Shown here piece after piece: positions 13,143 through 25,754 of a DNA stretch of 64,000 nt. The DNA is taken from assembly GCF_009914755.1 (NCBI RefSeq), contig NC_060948.1, one strand, 5' to 3'. The notes under the pieces were generated by a model. That model saw only the letters and a program-made list of their open reading frames with translations, searched no databases and was not told where the DNA came from. The stretch's first letter is position 1; every line of letters begins with the position of its first letter. A program made the position numbers and the translations under genes. This DNA is from the human T2T-CHM13v2.0 reference genome, Homo sapiens.

Positions 13143-13655
13143 TGTATTAGGATTCTTCAGAGAAAAATAATTAACTGGATATCTACAGATATGTACAAAG
13201 ATTGATTATAAGGGATTGGCTCATGCCATTATAGAGGCTGAGAAGTCCCATGATCTGCTATCTGCAAGCTGGAGGATCAAGAAAATCAGTGATGTAGTTC
13301 TAATTTAAGCCCAAGGCTTGAGATCCAGAGGAACCAATGACGTCAGTAAATCCCAGTTCAAGTCTGAAGGCCTGAGAACCAGGGACAATGATGTCTAAAG
13401 GAAGGAAAAGATGAATGTCCTGTATCAAAAGGAGAAAATGAATTTTCTCTTCATTTGGCTTTTTGTTTTATTCATCCTTCAGGAGACTGGATGATGCCCA
13501 CCCACACTGGTGAGGACAATTGTCTTTCAGTATATTGATTAAAAGAATGATCTCTTCCAGAAACATCCTTACAGGTATCACTAGAAATAATGTTTCACCA
13601 GTTATCTGGGCATCCTTTAGCACAGTCAAGCTGAAATGTCACATTAACCATCACA
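13143..13655 (-). mobile_element. Solo MLT2 (MLT2B/C-like) ERVL LTR
   Basis: Minus strand begins TGTGATGGTTAAT and ends CCTAATACA. Plus-strand GAGAAGTCCCATGATCTGC...GCAAGCTGGA is typical of MLT2. Confidence 0.85.
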
Positions 13656-13739
13656 ATTAATCTACCAGTTTGAAATAAATATATCCTTCATGTGTGGTAA
13701 AACAAAGCCACTAAGTATTCTATGACCACAGACAAGAAA

Positions 13740-14050
13740 CTAACAGCTCTGTGCTTAGTTTTTCATTTGTTTGTTTCTGAAATTAGGGTAATAATAGTAT
13801 CTACTCCACAAGATTGTTGTGCACATTAAGTGTTCATAAATTTTATGTGAGTTCTTAAAAATAACAAACACATATATAAGACAATATTTGCCAAGCATTA
13901 TTCTTAGCCCTTTTCCAAATGTTAACTCATTTAATGTACATAACAATGAGGTATGTACTGTAATTGCATTCACGTTACAGAGAAGGAGACTGAGGCATAG
14001 GGAGAAAAACTGATTCACCTTAAGTTACAAAGCTAGTAAGTGACATTAAA
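13740..14050. mobile_element. Two oppositely oriented MIR fragments
   Basis: MIR core-like CTCTGTGCTTAGTTTTTCAT...AATAATAGTATCTAC (+) and ACAGAGAAGGAGACTGAGGCATAG...CTAGTAAGTG (-). Confidence 0.65.
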
Positions 14051-14543
14051 CAGTACCTGATGTATCGCAGTTGCTCATTCATTATTATTACGGTTATTAT
14101 TACTATCACTTTATGAAATTTGATTATGCTTTTTATGACTTCCTATACTATTGAATTTGGATAAAAGTGTTGGTTCTATTATAAGTTAATGAATTTAAAC
14201 ATATTGGATATGTTTCTCTCCATTTCAGTAATTATCATTATTGATCCTACAATTTTCATATCTTTGAATTATGCTTTGAAGAATTAGAAACCTCTTCAGA
14301 TTGCCTCTTAAATTCTTTTGATACAACTCAGTAGTTTTGATAGATTTTTATTCATGACAAAATAAGAAAAATCCTAATTTGTCACTCTTGGAGGTTGTTA
14401 AAACATCAGTTCATCACTGGAGATTTGTAAATGAATTGATTCAAACATTAATTTTGCCTTTACTTTATACACTGTACTTCCAGAAAACCACAAACTCAAT
14501 AAGTAGATGTTTCTCATTATTCTTTGTACAGTAGTATTCCAGG

Positions 14544-14637
14544 TAATTAAAAACAAAGGAATTTTAAGTTTGAATACCAATATTTTCTGATAATTAATAA
14601 CAAAGGAATTTTAAGTTTGAATACCAATATTTTCTAA
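14544..14637. repeat. 47-bp tandem duplication
   Basis: 14544-14590 and 14591-14637 differ at only 2 positions. Confidence 0.95.
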
Positions 14638-14659
14638 GGCCTAATTAATTAATGTATCT

Positions 14660-15175
14660 ATGCAATAATCATCAGTGGCTTAGGGATGCTATTATCATAT
14701 TAAGGGAGACAGCCAAATGTTACGTGTCCATGATGGAAGTATGAAACCCCACAAATGACATAGGCTTACCACACAATTGATCCTGAATCTGATCAAATCT
14801 GCAGTCCAGAACTACTTAGTGTAATATATAAATGTTATATAATCCATACTAATAAAAATAGTAGACACAAGCCAAATGTAGTGGCTGTATGTATATATAC
14901 ATACATTCATACACACACACACACACACACACACACAATCTCTATCATGCTGAGACAGATACTGAAGTATGTATGAATGAAATGACATAATGATGTCTGG
15001 AATTTGCTTCAAAATTATTCACTGGTGACTGGGAAGATGAGTGGGTTGGGTTAAGATGAAACAAAATAAAGCATTATTTGATAGTTATTGAAGCTGTATG
15101 ATGGGTACACAAGAGTTCATTACACAAAAAGATCTACTTTTGTGCATATTTGATGCTTTCCAAAATGAAAAGCTT
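14660..15175 (+). mobile_element. Ancient L1M (L1MC/ME-like) 3' UTR fragment with (AC)13 at 14911-14937
   Basis: GAAATGACATAATGATGTCTGGAATTTGCTTCAAAAT...TTGAAGCTGTATGATGGGTACA resembles old L1 3' ends. Confidence 0.6.
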
Positions 15176-17262
15176 TGCTTTTCCTTACTGGCTTCAAAAT
15201 CTTAAGATACATTACATTTCTCCATTATGGTGATGGGCATTCTGTGCATTGGTTTTCCTGTTAACAGAAGATAGGTAGATTAGGAGCCAATGGCAGTCTA
15301 GTTAAAGGTCTTTAGAAAAAGAAAAATAATAAACAAATAGTCATCTTATTCATTTTATTATAAATCACTGCAGACAATACTTATCAAATTGTTAAGAAAA
15401 GTGGAATTTTAATTAAACTGTAAAAGTTTTGGTACAGGCCCCAGACAGCATTTTGAATAGGAAAATTTGAAATATTTTGGCCAAAAGCCATAGTTGGATT
15501 TACTGTCCTTTTATAATCCTCAGAAATGTTGTAGTAATTGTAGACAAAAGTATTTCATTTGAATGTTCACATTTTATTAAAAAAGGATTTAATATTATAT
15601 CCTGAGAACAAAGATCTTTGATTTCCTATTCGCTAATCCTGCTTAGATCTTTTGGGCTAAAATAATGTTTTTAAGTTTGTCATGCTACAGTGAATTTCAG
15701 CTAATCTGCCTGTGGTCTTTCAAAACAAATACATTAAAAGGAAATTTTTAAATGATTAAACTAACTTCTATTCAATGAGTACTTACTGGAATTCGGACAT
15801 TTTGTTAGACAATTTTAATCTCTTATTTAATTCATTGTCCTGGGTACCTAAGGTAGGAATTATTACTTATTACATGAAATAACAGATTAAAGAACAGAGA
15901 TCAAATAAGTTAAGTAACTTGTATAAAATCACACAGTTATAAAGTCTGAGAATGCAGTGATATAATTAGAAAAGGCTTAGTGATTTTCATGATTGAGAAT
16001 TTTGCTTTATTGTATTTTCTGTGTTTTGCTTTTTTGTTGTTACTTATCACAGAATGATGGTAGCTGATAAAATCAGCTGATGACTATATTTAGGGTATGT
16101 CAGGAAGAATTCTGGTAATGTGCCCAGAGACCTAGACTAAGTGTAGATTATTAATCAGTTTCGGAAGAAGCATAATAAAATCGTGCTCTTTGAAGCAAGA
16201 TTGGCCAATTTTTATGTGTATGTCTGTCATTGACATCTGTGTAACAATAGCAAGTGTACTTAACTATATTTAACCTGTTTGTCTTCACCTCTAAAAGAAT
16301 AGCAATGCTTACTTATAATGTTTTATAATTAAAGTTAATGAATCCCATGTCTTTAGGCTAATGTCTTGTACATAATAAGATTTAATAAATGATACCAGGT
16401 TTTACTACATAATATTTGTGTAGCATCGGGCAATTTACTTATCTTTTTGATACGCTGATTTCCAAATATATAAAATGGAGATAATGATAATAATATTGCC
16501 TTCTAAAGTTGATGAGATTTACAAATTAATTTTATATAAGTACTTATAATAACAGTGCTTGGTATATACTAAATGCTATATTGGTGCTGGCCTTATTCTA
16601 TTAGTATTAATTTAAAATTATAATTAATGTAAGAGTTCATGTTATGCCCAAATTCTTTCTCATGGCTTAGAATATACAAAATAGATTTTCAAAATGATGT
16701 AATCTTGTCTTAAGTTGGTTAATTTATCTGAATGATGCAATAAGTATGAACATTTTAATAAAATATAGGTACTGTTAGGCTCCAAGTAAATACTTATCTA
16801 TATGAAAAAGAGGCAGATAAAGATGACATTTTAAATCAATATGAAAAGAAGATGTTAGTAATTAAGTGATATGAGAGGAATTGGCTATAGGAAATCAAAA
16901 TTTGATTCCTATCATCATAAGGTAATATAAAGCTCAGATTTAAGTTCTAAATGCAAATGAAGTTAAAAATATTTTTAAAAAGACATGAAAATCTGCCCTT
17001 TTGGGGAGTACATAAGGCCTCAATAACAACAAAAAAAGAAGAAACCATAACTTAAAAAAAAATTGATCTAACACAAATTAGTACTAGTAAGAGTCAATAT
17101 CCCAGTATTAAAAATTTACACTCCTATGAAATTAGAGAGGATTGTAAAAACTTTAGATTTATGTTTGTAAAAGTCAGCTAAGTGTAGGCACACTCATTCA
17201 TTACTGTTGAGAGCATAAATTGGTACATTTCTTATTCAGAGCAATTTGGCAGTGTAGTGTTA

Positions 17263-17931
<669 letters not shown>

Positions 17932-17970
17932 GTCATACCTTTTCACCACATATTTTAATGTCTATAGATC

Positions 17971-18353
17971 TGTGTCAGTCCACTCTCACACTGCTATAAA
18001 GAAATACCTGTGATGGGGTAATTTATAAAGGAAAGATGTCTAATTGACTCACAATTCCATATAGCTGGGGAAGCCTCAGGAAACTTACAATTATGGCAGA
18101 AGGGGAAGCAGGCATCTTTTTCATAAGGCAGCAGGAGGTAAAAGTGAGAGTGCAGAAAAAATCTACCACTTTAAAAACCATCAGGTCTCATGAGAACACA
18201 CTCACTATCATGGGAACAGCATGGGGGAAACTGCCCCATGTTCCAATCACTTCCCTCCCTTGACACCTGGGGATTAGAGGTCCCTTCCCTGGACAGGTGG
18301 GAATTACAATTTGAGATGAGATTTGGATGGGGACACAGAGCCAAACCATATCA
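17971..18353 (-). mobile_element. Solo MaLR LTR (MSTA/THE1D-like)
   Basis: Minus strand begins TGATATGGTTTGGC. Perfect 5-bp TSD AGATC at 17966-17970 and 18354-18358. Confidence 0.9.
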
Positions 18354-18359
18354 AGATCT

Positions 18360-21300
18360 CCTCAGGAAATAATGATAAAGTTTTACAAATATTAAGGCAC
18401 AAACCTCTTCACTGAAGTGTTCTGTATTGCTTGAAATGTATTTTAAGCTATCTAAATGACAATAAAGAATACATCGAATAAATTATTGTACATCCATGTG
18501 ATGACTTAAGTTATAGAAATTAAAAGAATAGTTTTGGAAAAATATAGAAAAATACTCATTATACAGAATATAAAACATTATATGAAGTACGCACAAATGC
18601 CAAAATTATATATACATGGATAAAAAATGTACTGAAAGAGTATATGCCAACATATGAACCTGATTTTTGAGTAGCAGATTAAAGCAGATCTTCATTTTCC
18701 TCTTTCTTCTTTTCAGCATTTTACAAATTCACCAGAGCATGTGTATGTGTGTGTGTGTGTGTGTATGTTCTTAAAATATATACTTATGTGAAAAACATAA
18801 TTTAAATCACATATAGACAGTTTAATATCATAACTATTCTCAATTTTCTTACAGTGGGTTTTCCAAATGTTTAAAGTATTATGATTAAAATAGTGCAATT
18901 AGGGAAATCAAATGAGTTTCATAAAATAAAGCAATTCTTACCATGATGACACTTTTAAGAAATACTTAATACAGAATGTGCTTCTACTCTTAGGGTAAGG
19001 AAAGACTTTCTAGGCATAATACAAAATCATAAAAGTTTTATTTAAAAAGATTGATGTACACAATTAAATAGAAACTGCAAAATTTTGAATAATGAAAAAC
19101 ATAAATTTAAAAGGCAAATACTTGAAAATATTTATAAAATATAACTGAAAATTGTCAGCATTAATTATATAAAGATAATTCCTACATAGAGGAAATATAT
19201 GGAAGTGGTAGAAAGGGACCACAAAATAAAACAGAAAAAAAAATCTGGAGGGAAACACATGGTAAATTCCCCAATGGCAGTATACATATAAAACAGTGCT
19301 CAAGCAAAAATGTAGATAAATCTCAAAAGCACAACTTTGAGTGAAAGACTATAGGCTACAAGGATTACCTACTATATGATTTCATTTGTATAAAGTACAA
19401 AACAAGGAAAATTGGTCTATCCAGGTTGAAGTTAGGATAGTGGATACCCTTGGCAATGGTCATGACTTTAAGTAGACAGTAGAGATCTTCTCAGTTGCTT
19501 ACAATATACTCTTTCGTAATTTGTGTTTCACTGTGTTCAGTTTCTGAAAATTGAATAAACTCTTCAATTCTGATCCATGTACTTTTCTTTGTATTATAAT
19601 TTAATAACAATATTTTTAATCAATCAGATTATCTTAGGTTATGTTCAAATTCCAATAAGATTCCAGAGAGCATGTTGAATTCGCATATAAAGTGTCCAAG
19701 CAGAAAACAAGTTTGCTGGCCTTAAAACTGTAGTATAAAAATTATGATTATTTTGTTAACCCTGTGAGTTTGATTTTAAATATCATTTTGTGAATGGTTT
19801 CCTTTAATCCTGGCATTCTCTATGTAAAAAACAGAAAGGAAATAATGTCATTTTAATTTATTATACACACAGAAATGGATATTGAGAAATTTCACTTGAA
19901 AATTGTATAGCAGATCTAGATAAGTATATATTGATGCGTATTTCTGTGGTTTATTGTGTGATTCAAATTTACTTTTAAAGTAAGTAGTAATTTATGTAGC
20001 CAATAATGGTTTGTATAGTTATTAAAAATTTATCCTCAGTATGAATATTAAACTAGAAAATGAAATACATAAAAATAAATATAAAATTGAATATATTTAT
20101 TTCATCAACTGATAACTATTATTAAACATTTTTCACCCTCCAAATTTGTTTCTATGCAACTAAACCCTTTGTTAATCTGTGTCAGAAAAAAGGAAAATAA
20201 ATCTTTGAAATCAGCCAAAAAATATTACTGAGTCTTGTCAAGCATACCATTCAGGATTATCTGTGCCTTTCATTGTACTTAAGTTACTTTACCAGTCAGT
20301 AAGTTGTAGAATACTGGCAATAAAGTAGATGACCTTTGTGCAAAGAAAAACTATTTTAATCCACTGGAGATGCTATTGATTATTGCACTTGTATATTGAC
20401 CAATTTGGAATATTTTTGTAAAGCAATTTTAGCATTCCTTATGGCTTCCGTAGGTTAATGTATTTTCTAAATTCTTCTTTGAATTAGTTATAACAACCTA
20501 AAGGTTCCTAAATTAGTTGATGTTAAAGTATTTGAAACAAGTTTATATTTTTATGAGTCACAATTTTATATTTGAAAGATTCATCAACATTAGCTTTTTT
20601 AACAAAGTAGGTCATGTATATATTTTCATGTCATTAAATACATATTGGCATAATTTCTTTAGTGGCTCCATAATATTCCATTGTATAGATTTATCATATC
20701 CTGTACCATTAGTCACTTATGTCACTGCCAATTTTTATTATAAAGGCAATAATGAAAAAATAAAAATTGCAGCTACTCCACTATAATGTAAACTCTATGA
20801 AACATTTTTTTCTGTTTTCTTTTTTAACCTACCTATTGCTGTGCCTGCAAAGGTTCTTAGAACATAATACATATAAGCAGCTATTAACTGTGTTGAATAT
20901 ATGAAAGAGTACCTTTAAAACCCAGAAATATGCATCAGAAGCTATGTTTCATCTGTCACATTGACAAAATATAAAAACATTTACAATATCCAGTGCTGGC
21001 AAGGGTGTAGAAAGGAATGGTATCACTCACTCTTGATAAAATTCTAAATTATGGTACATTTTCTGGAGGAAATATGACTGTACCTAACAAAATGTAAAAT
21101 GTGACTATCTTTGGAATCAGTATTCATACTTCTGAGAACTTACCTTGTGGGAGAAAAGTTTAACTTTGCATACAGATACACAAGATACCGATTATTACAG
21201 CATCATTTATAACAATGAGAAGTTGGAAGCAATCTTCATGTCAATCAATGAATTGTTAGTAAAGAAATACTAGTATATCCAGTATTCATGAATTCCAATA

Positions 21301-21600
21301 AGTGATATAAAAAGAGTTACGTACAAAGATATTTAAAGGTTCCCATATATATGATTAAGTGAAAAAAAAGTAAGTCATAGAACCCAATGTACAATGTTAT
21401 ATGACACTAAAACAATGCTTCCTGTATATGGATAAAGAAGAAATCTTAAAGGAAACATATCAAACCTTTACTATGATTATTTCTGAAGAATAAGATGGGA
21501 AAAGGATGAGAGTTTTTTTTTCCACAGTGTATACCTCCATATCATTTTAGTTATTTTTGTCATAAACATTAATTGATCTCATAAATAAAAAGAAAAATAA
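18360..21600 (+). mobile_element. Scattered highly decayed L1ME-type fragments (mainly ~18360-19620 and ~20940-21600)
   Basis: Degenerate L1 3' motifs such as ACAATATCCAGTGCTGGCAAGGGTGTAG and GATAAATCTCAAAAGCACAACTTTGAGTGAAAG. Confidence 0.5.
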
Positions 21601-21622
21601 AGTAAATAATTTCATATCAAAC

Positions 21623-21830
21623 TGAAGAATTTAAGACCATGCCATCCTCAAACCTGCTACTCTTGGATATTGATTATTTTGAGTTAAAGACACTTGAAAA
21701 AATACAGCATCAAGACCACTCTGACTTTCCTTCTCTTTCTTAAAAGCAAGTGATGAGATTCCCATGTGAAAGATGTCCTCTCTGCACCGCAAGGAAAGTA
21801 TCATTTTTTTTTATCATCAAGGATGGGACA
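21623..21830 (+). mobile_element. MER34-family LTR, 5' part
   Basis: TGAAGAATTTAAGACCATGCCATCCTC...GATTATTTTGAGTTAAAG resembles a MER34 start. The 3' part resumes at 23963. Confidence 0.6.
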
Positions 21831-21834
21831 CAGG

Positions 21835-23447
21835 GCAGGCACTTAAAAATAAGTACCTGAGAGGGGCCCTTCCATTTTGATTGTAATTGATCCTCAGGGG
21901 ATTCTTCTCTCCAGGGTTTTAATAGAATTTCCATATTCTTGAAGGGCCTTTTGGACCTGGCCTAAATTCCAAAAAGGGGGGTATAGCGAGGTATGTCTGA
22001 CTTCCTGTTTCTTTTCACAGCCTAAATTTGTTTTTCAGGCTTCTTATTGTCAATTAAATGTTCTAGGCCAGACAAGAAGCATGGTGGGCAGGCACCCATT
22101 TGTTCTTAAAACACTTTTTAAACAATATAAAAGACTAAGACTAAAAGCCAAAAATAAGGCTACACATCAAGAGAAAACAAGAGTACAGCATCAAGTTATA
22201 CTGGAGAAAATCATTGCTTTTATATACCTCTAAGATGAAATATTTCAGCAACAGGCCATAACAACAGTTAGAACCAGAGGATAAAAAAATCACAGAAGCT
22301 GACAAAAAAGCTAAAGAAGAGAGTTATCCTCCTCTCCTTTTTATGAGAAAATGGATTATAAGCATTTGCCAGTGAATGAAATACAACAAAAGGAATATAT
22401 TTATTAAACAAAGTCTGTAAGGGGGTGTAAATACAGAATGACAAGATAATCATTTTGAACTTTAGAGCAGAAAACAGACAAGGCAGTACCAAAAATCGGA
22501 GGTGGTTTAGAGACCCCCTAGAGTGGGCCTCTAACTCACAATACCTCTCTAGAGTAGGCCTCTAAACCACAATATCCAATGTCAAAAACCCCAGAGCACA
22601 TGAGGATGACCAACACTGAAGGTGGGACTCTAACTCACACTTCTAGAATGAACGCTCTCACAATCAGGTGTTCTGCCTTCTACACTTGCCCAAATGCAGT
22701 TAATGGGGAGCTAAAGCAAAAACTGCAAATGAAACATATATTTCAGTGTGGAAGGTAAATTAAAATAAAATTTCCAATCAAAAAATTAAAATGGTGTTAG
22801 AGGAGAAATGGCTGAGAGAAGGGCTGACAAGGACAAAGCTGATCCATTGTGCTTCCATTCAGGGCACTCAAATGGCAGAGGATTTTGAATGGACTACCTA
22901 GCCAAGGTCTTATTTCCAGGCTCACCCAATGTTGAAAGGGGGGCAGAAGGAACACTTACCCATCCACAGGAGCCAAAATGATACTGACTTGTCTCCAATG
23001 TGTGGCTTGGGTGAAGGTCTCCACCCAAGCTTTACAGCTTGGGCTGGCTCAGCTGCCATAAGAGGATTGGCGTATGATCCTGTAACCAGCCAGCCAAAAT
23101 GGTGGGTCTTTTTATATGAGGTGACACTGTGGCTGCTTGCCCATCTGTCTGCTCAGATCTGCTTCCACCACCTCCCAGGAAAGATGATGGCTCTGAAAAG
23201 AGCCTTTGGCTAGAGTTACAGCTCTACAGTGTTATGCCTCATCAATCATAATCTTGCTGCCTCACCACCTCACTGTCTCACCAGTCATTGCCTTTCACCT
23301 TCTCTCCACCCAACTATTTCACCAATTGACACCTCTCGCCATCTCACCATCTCATTGTCTCACTGATTGCCAATTGCCAACTTGTCACCTTGTCAATCAC
23401 CAATTGCCATTTTACCATTTAGTTTCATCCCTTTTTGATCACCAAGA
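21835..23447 (-). mobile_element. MER66-like ERV1 internal remnant, heavily deleted
   Basis: PBS-like TGGTGATCAAAAAGGG next to the LTR. Leader donor TGG|GTAAGT at 22959. Integrase C-terminal-like peptide QLQSKWKGPSQVL (ORF 21740-21934). Confidence 0.65.
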
Positions 23448-23962
23448 TGATACAGGACAAGTGAGCCCCAAAATTGAGACTTAGCCTGGGAAATTTCTTG
23501 GCTTCCCTCAGGAAAGAATACAAGGGCGAATCAGAGGTGAGAGAGGGCAACTTTTATTGAATCAGTGCTGCTCCTTGCAGAGCAGGGCTAACCCACAGCC
23601 AGTGTGCCCAGAGTTGGCAGCATATGGGCTGTTGGCAGTTGCATTTATATCCACTTTTGCTTACATGACAATTAAGGGGCAGATTACTCAGAACTTTCTA
23701 GAAAAAGGGAGGAGAGTTTCTGGAATCATGTAAGATAACTTCTGGGCCACTATCATGGTCCATTGCCATGGCATTTGTAAACTGTCATTGTGCCAGTGGG
23801 AGTGTCATTATGCTAACAAGCAGTGAGGGCAACTAGATGTCACTTTCATTGCCATCTGCAGGTTTGGGACAGCTTCCTCACTTCACCCTGAGAATCAACC
23901 AGATTCTGCTTCAATTAGCAGGATCATTACTGGAAAATAAGTCCTGCCAGCCTCCTACCTTA
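23448..23962 (-). mobile_element. MER66-like 5' LTR
   Basis: Minus strand starts TAAGGTAGGAGGCTGGCAGGACTT and ends CCTGTATCA. Contains an AATAAA. Confidence 0.7.
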
Positions 23963-24097
23963 CTGTTTATAAATTAAATTAGATAAATTTGTATGCTTTT
24001 CTCCTGATAATCTGTTTTATGTTAGTTTAACTCTTAGGCCCAGTTTAAAAAAAAAAAAATCTAAGAGTGTAGAAGTAAATTCTGCCACCACTTATAA
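23963..24097 (+). mobile_element. MER34-family LTR, 3' part
   Basis: ATAAATTTGTATGCTTTTCTCCTGATAATCTG...TAAGAGTGTAGAAGTAAA, typical of a MER34 3' end. Confidence 0.6.
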
Positions 24098-25684
24098 GAC
24101 ATTGGTTAAAAGAAAATGTACATGATTCAGTTAGCACAAGAGAGATTTTGAAATTTTCAGTCACTGTTTTTCAAATTTATGTCTCTTATTAAGCAGAGGG
24201 TCATGTATATTATCCAGCTCAATAAATAATAGTTCAATAATATAGTGTAAACCATTTTTTTCATTAAAGATTTAAAAAGTGTAAAAATTGCAGCAGCTAG
24301 GGATAATGGTATGTTCTCTCCTGGATTTTGGAGCTCCACAGATTTGTGTTTTGGGTTCTCTCAGTTTCTTTGAGCAAATTTCTGATCCAAACTGTCTTTG
24401 GAAGTCATGACAGATACGGGACTGGGTCCATAATTGGATTTAATTAAGGAATCAACTGGCTTGGATCCAGTTAGAGGCCTCTTACATCTGAATGGGTCAG
24501 AAAGAAAAATAGTAAATGGTAATATTGCAGAGGGTAAAAAATTTGGCTTTTTGGAAATTCACAGGGGTTTTGTCTTCTACTCCTTTGTTTCATTTTTCTT
24601 ACATGCTTAGATAGGAAAAAAAAAAATTGGGTAAGTTAATCTAGGAACCCGAGAGCAAAGCCAATATCTTAGGTAAAAAAGGGATTCTTAATTTCTGAAG
24701 AACTGAGCAGCAAATTCTTACAGAAATGGCAAAATCTTACTAAAGATTACTTCCAGTAGAATGTTCCAAATGAACAAAACTGCACTGAAATGCATTTGAA
24801 AATGAGAGTTCCCAAATTAGTCTCTCATCTAGGGATGCCTATTGGCATGCAGAAGCTTCTAAAAAGTTTTCGGTATTTTTATTTAAAGACTTTACATAAG
24901 GCAAATAAAAACTTGAGTGACCAATTGATTAAAAAAAGAAATCTGCCTTGCAATTTTTCCTGATGGCAATGAGCGACAGGATTAGGCATGTACTGGACCA
25001 TGGAAAATGGGAAACATTTTCTCCTCAAAGGGGAAAAATTGAGAGCTGATGGGATTGCTGGAAAAGACTCCTTCATGACTAACAAGCAGCCATCTGAACT
25101 TTTGATTCAGGTTTGCTACAATGGGTGGGTTTTTCTCTAACCTCCTAGAGCTAATCACCTTCCACACCCTGCCACAGGCAATGATTCTCTCTTGCTCTCT
25201 CTCTGTGCAAAACAGTTGAGGGAATGATAAAATTCACTATATCTTGGAAAGTTTTAATTAATGAGAAAAATGATTTATGAGACTACTCTTAAGCTGTAAT
25301 AATCTGGTAAACTTTGTGGTATGAATTTGTCTTTTTGTGTTGTTTTGTCACGAAAGGGGTACCTTATGATAGAACATGAGCTTAGGTTTCCATAAGCTCA
25401 CTGTTCAAGATGGCCCAGCAAGCTAGTCAGTGACAAACTTTGCTGCAAGTCTCTGAAACAAACAAAAAACTGGATGAGGTCTCCATCTTGTTTTATGTCC
25501 TTAGGAGCTTGATCTTGTAACTACATTGTGGTACTTTCTCTTGGTCTTTGCCATGTAGGGAACAGGAATTTGGTGGTTCATGTAACAGCTCTACAAATTA
25601 TCTTGAGTAGTTAAAAGTCATTGCAAGCTCAAAATTGACTGCTCTAGACTCCTTCTGGGAAGAGCAATGGAAACTTCCCAATGC

Positions 25685-25754
25685 TCCTTTGCCTCAGCAG
25701 CTAAGGCTTTGCCATTTCAAATTGGTGGCCTGGGTTCAATCTTGGCTTAGGGAA
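25685..25754 (+). pseudogene. Degenerate tRNA-Glu(TTC)-like sequence embedded in the ERV internal region
   Basis: Gapless alignment of 25696-25754 to the recalled human tRNA-Glu 3' 59 nt (~36/59). TTTCA anticodon loop, GGTTCAAT B-box and terminal AGGGAA sit at the correct spacings. Confidence 0.45.
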
